DNA of 32,000 nucleotides from Candidatus Saccharimonadota bacterium (GCA_000503915.1 CP006915.1:813465-845464), one strand, 5' to 3'. Counted from the stretch's first letter, positions 7,049 through 16,141 are shown. Notes: a model not told the origin generated them from the letters alone. Numbers and translations: made by a program.

Positions 7049-7487
7049 CGTTTTTTCCTTCTACAAGCGTTCGATAGGCTGTCCCGAGGACGCCGTTGAT
7101 GAACTTGCTTGAGTTTTCAGAACCAAATGCCTTTGCCAGTTCAACCGCTTCGTTGATCACTACCTTTGGCGGTACTGTATCAGCTTGATGAAGTAGCTCG
7201 TAGAGCCCCATTCGGAGGACGTTGCGGTCGATCCGGGCGATCTGATCGATCGGCCAGCCCGGTGCCATCTCTTGTAGCTTTTCATCCATCTCGGCCTGGT
7301 ACTCTAAGACGCCATTTACCAGCGTGCTGACAAATCCCTTGTCATCGATTGCTTCCTGGTAGCGCTCAATATTACGCGTCAGTATCTCGGTGAGGTCAAC
7401 GCTTTCATCAGCTGACGACGTACGAAACTCGTACTCGTAGAGCGTTTGCAAAGCGACGATTCGCCCAAGATGTCGATTTGAGGCCAT
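7026..7487 (-). CDS. nusB: Transcription antitermination factor NusB.
   Basis: 153 aa, RIVALQTLYEYEF...AIINEAVELAKAFG-type NusB pattern. Overlaps the downstream NUDIX gene by 23 nt. Confidence 0.9.
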   Translation of the reverse strand: MASNRHLGRIVALQTLYEYEFRTSSADESVDLTEILTRNIERYQEAIDDKGFVSTLVNGVLEYQAEMDEKLQEMAPGWPIDQIARIDRNVLRMGLYELLHQADTVPPKVVINEAVELAKAFGSENSSKFINGVLGTAYRTLVEGKNDANTSTR

Positions 7488-7529
7488 GGTATTGGTTCTT
7501 TCTGATTATGTTAAGAGCTGGCTAAAGTA

Positions 7530-7679
7530 TTAGCTGGCTTTCTTTTTGCCGGTCTCACGCTTGGTAGTGTGGACTTTGACTGGTGATTTGGCGTTTACCA
7601 TACGCGCCAGTTTGAGGCGTAGGTGGCTACGACGTAAACCCGTCTTGCGCGGGCTTGATTGTTTCTTTGGCTCTGCCAC
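7530..7679 (-). CDS. rpmF: 50S ribosomal protein L32 (Cys-less form).
   Basis: Hand translation gives a 49-aa ORF: GTG start preceded by GAAGGAGAA, then VAEPKKQSSPRKTGLRRSHLRLKLARMVNAKSPVKVHTTKRETGKKKAS. This matches the L32 pattern A-x-P-K-K-x-x-S-...-RRSH. It is below the ORF-track size cutoff. Confidence 0.7.
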   Translation of the reverse strand: MAEPKKQSSPRKTGLRRSHLRLKLARMVNAKSPVKVHTTKRETGKKKAS

Positions 7680-7756
7680 TTGAATGTTCTCCTTCTCAGG
7701 TTGATGTAAACTTACCCTGCATTATAGCGGTTCCCGGCTGTTTTCTCAAGCAGTTA

Positions 7757-7785
7757 TTGACAACAATTCATATAAATGTTATTAT
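7757..7785 (+). promoter_or_regulatory. Promoter (TTGACA, 17-nt spacer, TATTAT) ending 6 nt before the ATG, implying a leaderless or near-leaderless mRNA.
   Basis: TTGACA at 7757-7762, TATTAT at 7780-7785, ATG at 7792. Confidence 0.5.
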
Positions 7786-7791
7786 GGTAAT

Positions 7792-8151
7792 ATGAAAGAT
7801 GTGTTGGATAAAACCCCGAACAAGCTTCGGACTTCGACGGTAGCTATTGTAGCTGTCATGAGCGGTATCGCACTTAATAGCTGCACCGCCGCTGACAAAG
7901 GAACTGCACCAACTCCCGCCTGTGCTATCCACATTGAGCGGGGTGATACGCTCTATAGTATCGCCGCTGCGAGCGACATGGATATACGCGAAGGCATTGC
8001 CGAGATGAAACAGATTAATTCAGGTGTCGACGCCGGTCATCTAAGCATTGGAGACGATGTGGCGATCAGCTCACAGATGTGTCAGGATATTATTGGCAAC
8101 AAAAAAAATACCTTGGATCTGCGCCCACTACACGACGATCTCAATCAGTAA
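7792..8151 (+). CDS. LysM-domain lipoprotein.
   Basis: Signal peptide with a lipobox-like LNSC, then a LysM motif (IERGDTLYSIAAAS...INSGVDAGHLSIGDDVAI). The 3' end overlaps the leuS stop by 11 nt (convergent). Confidence 0.75.
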   Translation: MKDVLDKTPNKLRTSTVAIVAVMSGIALNSCTAADKGTAPTPACAIHIERGDTLYSIAAASDMDIREGIAEMKQINSGVDAGHLSIGDDVAISSQMCQDIIGNKKNTLDLRPLHDDLNQ

Positions 8152-11044
8152 TTACAATACTCACCAGCCGGCCGGGAACGTAAATCGTCTTGGCCGGTTT
8201 TTGTGTACCGACAAATTTCTGAACATTTTCATCAGCCAGAGCCGCCGCGATAGCATCTTCTTTACTGACATCTTTAGCGAGCTCGAGTTTGGCACGTACT
8301 TTCCCGTTTACCTGAACAACGATTGTCGCTGTTTCGCTAGTCGTGAGCGCCTCATCCCACGATGGCCATGGTGCAGTATCGAGCGACTCTTCGTGTCCGA
8401 GCTGCTGCCAAAGTTCAGCGCTGAGATGTGGCGCAAATGGAGCGAGTAGCTGGGTCATGGTCTCTAATACGTCACGCCATGGTTTATCACTAAATCCATC
8501 AGCTTTTAATTTGTATAGTTCATTCGTTGCTTCCATCATAGCTGCAATGGCGGTATTGAAACTCAATCGGTGCAAGTCTTCGGTGACTTTTTTCGTCGTC
8601 TTATGTTGCAAACGACGAACCGCATCGTCCTGCTGGGTGTCCGCTACTGTGTCAGCTGCTAGATATTCCTGTGTCAATGTCCAGACGCGCGTCAGGAAAC
8701 GATAGACACCGGCTAGGCCATTAGTGCTCCAGGCTGAATCTTCTTCGATTGGACCAACAAACAGCAGGAAGGTGCGTAATGCATCAGCGCCGTAGCCTTG
8801 GTCGATAATGTCGAGTGGGTCAATGACATTGCCAAGGCTTTTACTCATCTTGCGGCCGTCCTCGGCTTGGATCAGGCCGTGGTAGACTAGTTTCTTAACT
8901 GGCTCCTTGCTCGGTACCAGTCCCATGTCGTAAAAAACGTGATTCCAGAAGCGGACGTAGAGCAAATGCGCGACCGCATGGTCGCCACCAACATAGTAGT
9001 CAACCGGTGTCCAGTAGTCGGCCTTTTCTTGCGACCAGGCTTGCTGGTCGTTCTTCGGGTCGGTGTAGCGCAGCAAATACCAGCTACTACAGGCGTAGCC
9101 GTCCATGGTATCAGTTTCACGCTTTGCTGGGCCACCACACTCAGGACAGGTCGTATTAACCCAGTCGTCGACGCGCGCCAGCACTGATTTACCGTCACCT
9201 TTTGGGGCGTAATCTTCTACTTCTGGCAGCACCACTGGCAGCTGATCTTCTGGCACCGCCACGGCGCCATCTTTTTCACAATGAATGATCGGAATCGGCG
9301 CACCCCAATAACGCTGGCGAGAAATCAGCCAATCGCGCATTTTGTAGGTGGTCATCATCTTGCCTGTTCCCTGCTCTTCCAGCCAGGCAACAACCTCTTC
9401 ACGCGCCTCACTCGTCGGCATGCCGTCAAAAGCTCCAGAATTTACCAGTACACCCTCATTGGCATATACGGCTGTCTTTTGATCTAGATACGCCAGCCAT
9501 ACTTTTAGATGCGTCTGCCAGGTAAGCTTTTTAGCTACCTGATCTTTTGTAATCCACTCAATAGTGTGCTTGCCCTCATCAACTTCACTTCTGATTTGAG
9601 TTTTTGAGCCAAGCATAACTTCATATGCAGCACCTCTATAGCGATGATTCACCCCTTTGTCCGGACGATAGGCAATACCGGAAATGATTGGGAAAATTTT
9701 TCTGACACTTACAATATCTGTATAGCCCGTCTCCTCAGCTACTTCCCTACGTAGTCCGTCTTCCGTCGAAGAGTCTTCTTGTTCAATCCCTCCCCCAACG
9801 AAGTGCGTATCGGTCACCCCACCTTCTGTTGAAGTTTGTAGCAAGTAATTACCCTCGCCATCGCAGATGACTGCATCCGCCACGTTTCGATCGATAGTCT
9901 CAGCGTCTAACTCTGGCTCAAAGTGATCGCCACTAATATGATGCTCAGCAACCACTTGCACTACTGGCAATTTGTACTTCTCTGCAAATTCATAATCACG
10001 TTCGTCATGAGCCGGCACAGCCATGATAGCGCCCGTGCCGTAGCCACCAAGGACATAGTCGGCAATCCAGATAGGAATTTTTTCTCCCGTGGCTGGATTG
10101 ATGGCATAGGAGCCGGTAAATACACCTGTTTTTTCTTTGCCTTCACTTTGACGCTCAATCTCAGACTTTTTCAGCGCCGTTTTTACATAAGCGTCGACAT
10201 TTTCGTGCGTCTCATCAGTCGTCAGTGCCTCGACTAGCGAATGCTCCGGCGCAATAACCATGAAGGTAGCACCGAAAATCGTGTCGGGACGCGTCGTAAA
10301 TACGGTGAGCGTTTCATCATGCTCGGCGACCAAGAACTCAATCTCGGCACCCTGGCTTTTGCCGATCCAGTTGGTTTGGGCAGTTTTGATCTTTTCCGGC
10401 CAGTCGAGCGCCGGGATTTCTTCGAGCAGCGCATCGGCATAGTCAGTAATCTTGAAAAACCATTGGCGAATATTCTTTTTTTCAGCCAGTGGATCGTCGG
10501 GACCATCGTGGCGCCAGCACTTGCCATTGATAACCTGCTCGTTGGCAAGCACCGTTTGATCGATCGGACACCACCATTGCAACGAATCTTTCTGATAAGC
10601 CAGGCCACGCTCAAAAAACTTGGTAAAAACCCATTGGGTCCAGCGATAGTAGTCGGGGTCGGACGTATTGATCTCGCGCGACCAGTCGATACTGGCGCCG
10701 AGCCGTTTTAGCTGATGAGTAAAATTGGCGATATTGTCTTTGGTCACTTTGGCCGGTGCCATGCCGGTCTTGATCGCGTAATTTTCAGCGGGCAGTCCAA
10801 ATGCATCCCAACCCATCGGGTTCATGACATTGCGGCCGTGTGCACGTTGAAAACGGGCAATTGCATCGACAACCGAATGTTCCATAGCATGGCCAGAGTG
10901 CATACCGGCGGCACTTGGGTACGGGAACATAGGAGAAATATAGAATTTTTCCCTATCGCCGCCGTCGCTTGCCTGGTAGCGGCGCTCGTCCGCCCAAACT
11001 TTTTGCCAGCCAGGCTCGATCTCACTCGGATTGTATCGCTGCAT
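8141..11044 (-). CDS. leuS: Leucine--tRNA ligase with an inserted NUDIX-like domain.
   Basis: 967 aa. HIGH-region variant (PYPSAAGMHSGHAMEH), CP1 editing domain, AHDERDYEFAEKYKLP, KMSKS. There are about 165 extra residues at positions roughly 366-530. Confidence 0.97.
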   Translation of the reverse strand: MQRYNPSEIEPGWQKVWADERRYQASDGGDREKFYISPMFPYPSAAGMHSGHAMEHSVVDAIARFQRAHGRNVMNPMGWDAFGLPAENYAIKTGMAPAKVTKDNIANFTHQLKRLGASIDWSREINTSDPDYYRWTQWVFTKFFERGLAYQKDSLQWWCPIDQTVLANEQVINGKCWRHDGPDDPLAEKKNIRQWFFKITDYADALLEEIPALDWPEKIKTAQTNWIGKSQGAEIEFLVAEHDETLTVFTTRPDTIFGATFMVIAPEHSLVEALTTDETHENVDAYVKTALKKSEIERQSEGKEKTGVFTGSYAINPATGEKIPIWIADYVLGGYGTGAIMAVPAHDERDYEFAEKYKLPVVQVVAEHHISGDHFEPELDAETIDRNVADAVICDGEGNYLLQTSTEGGVTDTHFVGGGIEQEDSSTEDGLRREVAEETGYTDIVSVRKIFPIISGIAYRPDKGVNHRYRGAAYEVMLGSKTQIRSEVDEGKHTIEWITKDQVAKKLTWQTHLKVWLAYLDQKTAVYANEGVLVNSGAFDGMPTSEAREEVVAWLEEQGTGKMMTTYKMRDWLISRQRYWGAPIPIIHCEKDGAVAVPEDQLPVVLPEVEDYAPKGDGKSVLARVDDWVNTTCPECGGPAKRETDTMDGYACSSWYLLRYTDPKNDQQAWSQEKADYWTPVDYYVGGDHAVAHLLYVRFWNHVFYDMGLVPSKEPVKKLVYHGLIQAEDGRKMSKSLGNVIDPLDIIDQGYGADALRTFLLFVGPIEEDSAWSTNGLAGVYRFLTRVWTLTQEYLAADTVADTQQDDAVRRLQHKTTKKVTEDLHRLSFNTAIAAMMEATNELYKLKADGFSDKPWRDVLETMTQLLAPFAPHLSAELWQQLGHEESLDTAPWPSWDEALTTSETATIVVQVNGKVRAKLELAKDVSKEDAIAAALADENVQKFVGTQKPAKTIYVPGRLVSIVITD

Positions 11045-11100
11045 AACTATCTGTTAGTATACCATCGATTCACCACCGAGAAAACTGAGGCGTTGAGCCG

Positions 11101-12387
11101 CTACTCGGTGAGGTTGCCGAAAAACTTTTCTTTGGTCTGCTGCCACTGCGCTCCTTGGCGCACCAGCTGATGGTCGTCGCTCGTTTCGTGAAGCAAGATC
11201 TTTAAGGCTTCCTCCGCATAAACATTGTTTTGCGAGCCTTTAGCAAGGACAACCGCACCACTTTCGACAACACCGTTGACAAAACCGCCAGCCTGCAATG
11301 CGGAGCGGAATGATTTCACTTGGCAACCGCGTGCCCGAGCAGCCGGTGCCAGATATTTCTCCGACTCCGGCCCAATCGTCACCACCCAGGCGAGTAAGCT
11401 CGGGTCGCATAGCGTACCGAGTGTCTCGTGCTCAGTTTGGGACGAGCTGCCCAATTCATTCATGTCACCCAAGATGGCGATACGCTGCGGCGCCTGCAAA
11501 TTATAAAGCGTCTGGAGTGCCGCGCTGGCCGATGCCGGACTCGAATTGTACGTGTCATCGATCAAGATAGAATCCTGGACACCGCGGAGTACATTCATTC
11601 GCCCATTCACCGCTACGATATCTTCCACTGCCTCGGCTACGACACGAATATCCATGCCAAGTTTCAGAGCCACGGCGACGGCAGCCGCCACTGGTCGGAG
11701 CGAATGCTCGCCCAGTACACGCACATTTGCGACCACGCCTTCTTTCAAGTCGGGTGCGTAAAAATATGCCTCATAGCCATGATTGATATCGAAATCTTTT
11801 ACCTCGATCCGATACTCTGCCGACCCAGTCGTGCCGTAGGTGTTCACCTCAGGGTTGGTCAAATATTGCGAGAACCGGCCATCGATATCATCCCGGTTAA
11901 TGAGAGCGGCCTGGCTAAAATTCGCCAGCGTCAATTCCTCCTGGGCAACGGTCTCAATACTGCCAAGAAACTCCATATGCTCTGGCGTAACTGCCGTCAC
12001 CACACCCAAAAATGGTTTAAGGTACGTGCCGAAATGAGCGATCTCACCCGGGTGATCAGTACCCAGCTCCTGGACAATCACATCGACATCGCTCGGCTGA
12101 TGGATTCGCTTCTTAGCGGCGCGAAATACCTGCAGCCACGCTATCACACCATGAACATTCTCCGGATAGGTGATACCTAAAATACCGAGCGGAGCGCTGA
12201 GATGCGTATTGTGATTGCTGTCTTCCATTCGGACACGCAATGACTTTGCAAGTACTGTCGCGATCGCAGTCTTGGTACTGGTCTTGCCGACACTGCCACC
12301 GACGGCAATAAGCCTAACTTCGGGATGCGCCTTAAAGTAGGCGCGAACGTAACTTTCTAATTTTTTTTGGACAAATCGTTTAAACAT
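11101..12387 (-). CDS. murF: Mur ligase family protein, probably UDP-MurNAc-tripeptide--D-Ala-D-Ala ligase.
   Basis: GGSVGKTSTK P-loop and DDTYNSSPASASAAL, typical of MurF (DDxYNANPxS). Confidence 0.8.
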   Translation of the reverse strand: MFKRFVQKKLESYVRAYFKAHPEVRLIAVGGSVGKTSTKTAIATVLAKSLRVRMEDSNHNTHLSAPLGILGITYPENVHGVIAWLQVFRAAKKRIHQPSDVDVIVQELGTDHPGEIAHFGTYLKPFLGVVTAVTPEHMEFLGSIETVAQEELTLANFSQAALINRDDIDGRFSQYLTNPEVNTYGTTGSAEYRIEVKDFDINHGYEAYFYAPDLKEGVVANVRVLGEHSLRPVAAAVAVALKLGMDIRVVAEAVEDIVAVNGRMNVLRGVQDSILIDDTYNSSPASASAALQTLYNLQAPQRIAILGDMNELGSSSQTEHETLGTLCDPSLLAWVVTIGPESEKYLAPAARARGCQVKSFRSALQAGGFVNGVVESGAVVLAKGSQNNVYAEEALKILLHETSDDHQLVRQGAQWQQTKEKFFGNLTE

Positions 12388-12450
12388 AGACTGTATTAAT
12401 CATACGTGATTTGCCCAGGAATTACGAATCACGCGTTGTTATCGTCGGTT

Positions 12451-14544
12451 CTATTTTAGTCCGTTTGTTGTGTTAAGATCGACTCGTCTAAGAAGCTGAG
12501 CGTTCAGTGCGACGATGACCGTCGAAGCTGACATGAGTACTGCACCAACGGCAGGAGCGAGCACGATGCCTGCACCGTATAAGATACCGGCAGCAAGTGG
12601 TATGGCGAAGAGGTTATAGCCGGTTGCCCAGGCTAAGTTCTGCACCATCTTAGTGTACGTCTTCTTTGACAGGTTGATCACTTTGACAACATCACTCGGG
12701 TCACTTTTTACCAAAATGATGTCGGCTGATTTTATCGCCACGTCGGTACCGGCACCAATCGCAATGCCGATGTCGGCCTGCGTCAGGGCAGGCGCGTCGT
12801 TGATGCCATCGCCAACCATGGCCACCTTTTGTCCGTTTTTCTGCAAAGCTTTAACTTTGGCGGCCTTGTCTTCCGGCCTCACTTCGGCAAAATACTCATC
12901 CAAGCCGAGCTGCTCCGCGACACTGGCCGCAACTTCATTGCTATCGCCAGTGATCATAGCGGTTTTTATACCCAATGCTTTGAGTGCTTGAACAGTTTGC
13001 TTACTTTCAGCCCGTACCATATCGGCAAGCGCTAGCGCACCGACGACGGTCGAATTGGTCATGAGATATACCTCGGTCTTGCCCTCTTTGGCCGCCTGTT
13101 TGACTGCTTTAGCGATTTCGGTCGGTACGGTTAGTTGATGTTCCTCGATATAGCGGTAACTGGCCGCAATATACACGTCGCTGCCGTGCAAGGTACCTTG
13201 TACACCCACGCCGGGCAGAGCCGTAAAGTTCGTAACTTTATCGAGGTGTACGCCTAGCTCTTCGGCCTTGCGGACAATACCCTTCCCAACAATGTGCTCG
13301 CTATTTTGTTCCAGGCTGGCTGTCAGGTGTACGATGTCTTCTTTGCTATAGCCTTTTGCTGCCCAGATATCAGTGACACCATGCTCGCCCTTAGTGAGCG
13401 TGCCGGTTTTATCAAATAACACCCAGTCTAGTTTGCGAGCCGATTCAAGCGCCAGACGTTTGCGAATGAGTAGTCCATTGCGAGCCGACAAAGCACTCGA
13501 TATTGAGACAACAAGCGGTATGGCCAGTCCCAGCGCATGCGGACAGGCGATGATCAGCACTGTCACCGAGCGCTCAAGCGCAAAGCCAGCATCCTTCGCG
13601 ATAAGCCAATAAAGAAAGGTAACGACTGCAGTCACGATAGCGATAATCGTCAGATAAAATGCCGCTTTGTCGGCCAATATTTGCACGTTGGATTTTGACT
13701 TCCCCGCTTCAGCCACGAGGCGCATGATGCCGGCCAGTGCCGTATCCGCGCCGAGCTTCGCTACTTTGACCGTGAGCGAACCGTCTTGGTTGCTCGTACC
13801 GGCGACTACTTCGTCGCCACTCATTTTGCTGACGGGCTTGCTCTCACCGGTGATGGCCGCTTCGTCGACCGACGAACTCCCTTCCGTGATCACGCCGTCT
13901 ACCGGGATACTAGAGCCAGGGCGTATCAGTACCAGATCGCCGACTTTCAACGTGCTTACCAGCACTTGCTTCGGTTGGCCGTCAACTAGTTTTTCCGCCA
14001 TGTCAGGGAGGAGTTTCGCGATCGCATCAAGCGCACTTTCGGCCTTGGCGACCGACGCCATCTCCAGCCAGTGTCCGAGCAGCATGATCGTCACTAAGGT
14101 TGCTAGCTCCCAGAAAAAGCCGTCGCCCTTGATCACAAATAACGTCGCGACACTATAGCCATACGCGGTAATAATCGCTAGGCTGATCAATGTCATCATG
14201 CCCGGAAGCTTAGCTTTTAGTTCGCCCCACGCCCCTTTTATAAATACTAGGCCGCCGTAAAAGAAAATGATGGTACTAAGTATGAACGGCACGTACTGTG
14301 AACCCGGAAAGGCTGGCGGCGCGAAGTGAAACCACTGTTGGATCATTTCCGAATAGGCCAGTACCGGCAACGTCAGTGCTAGACTCAGCCAAAACCGATC
14401 CTTAAACATCGCTACAGAATGGCCAGCATGCTTGTCGTGCTCCTGGTGTTCATGGTGTTCGTGATGTTCGTGATGTTCGTGATGTTCGTGACCGCTAGGA
14501 TGATGTGCTTGGTGTTGATGTGTCTGGTGCGAGTGGTGCATCAC
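12451..14544 (-). CDS. copB: Copper-exporting P1B-type ATPase with a His-rich N-terminus (CopB-like, CPH motif).
   Basis: N-terminal HEHHEHHEHHEH repeat, CPH in a TM helix (IIACPHALGLAIP), DKTGTLT, GDGINDAP. GTG at 14544 or ATG at 14541 could be the start. Confidence 0.9.
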   Translation of the reverse strand: MMHHSHQTHQHQAHHPSGHEHHEHHEHHEHHEHQEHDKHAGHSVAMFKDRFWLSLALTLPVLAYSEMIQQWFHFAPPAFPGSQYVPFILSTIIFFYGGLVFIKGAWGELKAKLPGMMTLISLAIITAYGYSVATLFVIKGDGFFWELATLVTIMLLGHWLEMASVAKAESALDAIAKLLPDMAEKLVDGQPKQVLVSTLKVGDLVLIRPGSSIPVDGVITEGSSSVDEAAITGESKPVSKMSGDEVVAGTSNQDGSLTVKVAKLGADTALAGIMRLVAEAGKSKSNVQILADKAAFYLTIIAIVTAVVTFLYWLIAKDAGFALERSVTVLIIACPHALGLAIPLVVSISSALSARNGLLIRKRLALESARKLDWVLFDKTGTLTKGEHGVTDIWAAKGYSKEDIVHLTASLEQNSEHIVGKGIVRKAEELGVHLDKVTNFTALPGVGVQGTLHGSDVYIAASYRYIEEHQLTVPTEIAKAVKQAAKEGKTEVYLMTNSTVVGALALADMVRAESKQTVQALKALGIKTAMITGDSNEVAASVAEQLGLDEYFAEVRPEDKAAKVKALQKNGQKVAMVGDGINDAPALTQADIGIAIGAGTDVAIKSADIILVKSDPSDVVKVINLSKKTYTKMVQNLAWATGYNLFAIPLAAGILYGAGIVLAPAVGAVLMSASTVIVALNAQLLRRVDLNTTNGLK
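14443..14487. repeat. 9-bp tandem repeat (5 units) encoding the (H-E-H)n tract of CopB.
   Basis: ctggtgttc atggtgttc gtgatgttc gtgatgttc gtgatgttc, read directly. Confidence 0.85.
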
Positions 14545-14695
14545 TACCGCCTTTCTTGCCCTGCTGGGCTTCGATTGAATGTTTTGTTATATCAAGGCTA
14601 CAGCTTTTATGCTCATGACACCAAGCCTCGCATTGTTTTGCCATGTCCTCATCGCTGTAATGCAAGCCACATTCGGGACACTGATAGACCTGCAT
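14495..14695 (-). CDS. Small Cys-rich (zinc-ribbon-like) protein, hypothetical, within the copper operon.
   Basis: MQVYQCPECGLHYSDEDMAKQCEAWCHEHKSC has a CxxC...CxxxC pattern. It starts 1 nt after the csoR stop. Its low-complexity tail overlaps the copB start by about 47 nt. Confidence 0.5.
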   Translation of the reverse strand: MQVYQCPECGLHYSDEDMAKQCEAWCHEHKSCSLDITKHSIEAQQGKKGGSDAPLAPDTSTPSTSS

Positions 14696-14696
14696 C

Positions 14697-14981
14697 CTAC
14701 TTACTCCTCACGTTTGATAATTCATAAAGTGCCAGTAGCTCTGCGATTACTTTCTCCTGCTCTTTTTCCGAGCTGGCATGAATACTCTCCTTGACATGAG
14801 TTCGCACATGGTTCTCTAGAAGGAGCTTATTGAGTGACCCAATCGATTTTTGAATAGCTAGATTTTGCGTCAGGATATCCATGCAATAGTCTTCGTTTTC
14901 GATCATCTTTTGGACACCGCGCATTTGCCCCTCGAGTATCCGAGTGCGGTGCATGGCACGTCTCTTTATATCACTAATCAT
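14697..14981 (-). CDS. csoR: CsoR/RcnR-family metal-sensing transcriptional repressor.
   Basis: 94 aa, RILEGQMRGVQKMIENEDYCMDILTQNLAIQKSI...ENHVRTHV. This is DUF156-type architecture with conserved Cys/His positions. Confidence 0.85.
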   Translation of the reverse strand: MISDIKRRAMHRTRILEGQMRGVQKMIENEDYCMDILTQNLAIQKSIGSLNKLLLENHVRTHVKESIHASSEKEQEKVIAELLALYELSNVRSK

Positions 14982-14990
14982 ACATACAAG

Positions 14991-15015
14991 TATAATACCC
15001 GGGTGGGGTATTATA
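14991..15015. promoter_or_regulatory. CsoR-type operator overlapping the -10 region.
   Basis: TATAATACCC-GGGT-GGGGTATTATA is a GC-cored palindrome resembling known CsoR boxes (TACCC-N-GGGGTA). It lies 10 nt upstream of the csoR ATG. Confidence 0.6.
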
Positions 15016-15052
15016 CAAGTACGATTTTTTAGATTCTACTAATTTGTAGTGG

Positions 15053-15376
15053 CTAGACTATTCGTCGCTTTGCGGCGTAGGCGGAAAAGTGATTGACGGC
15101 GTTAAGTAGCGGGATTGCTTCCATCCCGAGATCGGTCAGACTGTAAGCGACATCAGCTCGAGAAGTTTCGGTACGTGTCACCAAGCCACTTTCTTGCATA
15201 TCTTTTAAGCGCTTCGAAAGCGTTGCGGTGTTAACACCCTCGAGCTGGCGCTCCAACTGATTGAAGCGGAGTGCACTGCCATCGGAGAGTTCGTCGATTA
15301 CCCGCAATGTCCAATAATCACTCAATATTTTGAGGCTTGGCAGGCAGATTGGCTGTTTTGTTTGAAGAGTTGTCAT
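15053..15376 (-). CDS. HxlR-family transcriptional regulator.
   Basis: WTLRVIDELSDGSALRFNQLERQLEGVNTATLSKRLKDMQESGLV matches the HxlR wHTH pattern. Confidence 0.85.
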   Translation of the reverse strand: MTTLQTKQPICLPSLKILSDYWTLRVIDELSDGSALRFNQLERQLEGVNTATLSKRLKDMQESGLVTRTETSRADVAYSLTDLGMEAIPLLNAVNHFSAYAAKRRIV

Positions 15377-15458
15377 AAAATACTTGCTTTAATAATTAAA
15401 GTACTCTATACTTAAAAGTACTACATAAATCATAGCACTAAAGAATAGGAGAGTCAAT

Positions 15459-16091
15459 ATGAATATAACGATTATTGGAAATGGCAACATGGCGAAAGGT
15501 ATCGCTACTCGCCTCGTCAGTGGCGGACACAAGGTTACGATTCACGCCCACGACGAGGCCAAAGGTAATGAACTAGTCGCCCACCTAAAGACGGTCAACC
15601 CGTCAGCCGACGTTAGCGTCGCCACAGTCGGCAGCAGCGTCGATGATATCGCCATCCTTGCTACCCCCTATACCGAGACCGAGACTATCGCCAAGCAGTA
15701 CGACGGATTTGCGGGCAAGACCGTCATTGATATTACTAATCCGGTTGATTTCAATACGTTCCAGCTCATCCCAGAGCCTGGCCAGTCCGGCGCCGAGGAG
15801 ATTGCTAAACTACTTCCCCAAGCTACGGTGGTCAAAGCTTTCAATACTACCCTGGCCGGAGCGCTTGAGGCTGGTAAAATTGATGGCAAAGAGCTCGATG
15901 TATTTATCGCTGGTGACGACGAAACTGCTAAAAAGCAAGTTAGCGAACTGATCAAAAACAGTGGCATGCGCCCTATTGACGTTGGCCCGCTGGCTAATGC
16001 TCGACACCTGGAAGGCTTCGGCTTAATCCAAATGGCAGTGCAGGATCAAATCGGCACCAACTGGATGAGCTCGCTTAAGTTTCTTGGGTAA
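15459..16091 (+). CDS. NADP oxidoreductase, coenzyme F420-dependent family (NpdG-like).
   Basis: MNITIIGNGNMAKGIATRL Rossmann N-terminus, about 210 aa, divergent from the HxlR regulator. AGGAG ribosome-binding site. Confidence 0.75.
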   Translation: MNITIIGNGNMAKGIATRLVSGGHKVTIHAHDEAKGNELVAHLKTVNPSADVSVATVGSSVDDIAILATPYTETETIAKQYDGFAGKTVIDITNPVDFNTFQLIPEPGQSGAEEIAKLLPQATVVKAFNTTLAGALEAGKIDGKELDVFIAGDDETAKKQVSELIKNSGMRPIDVGPLANARHLEGFGLIQMAVQDQIGTNWMSSLKFLG

Positions 16092-16113
16092 TAAGCCTGC
16101 TCAACAGATTGTG

Positions 16114-16141
16114 AAAAACCGGACTGCATGTCCGGTTTTTT
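16114..16141. terminator. Bidirectional intrinsic terminator.
   Basis: AAAAACCGGAC-tgcat-GTCCGGTTTTTT lies between convergent genes. Confidence 0.7.
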
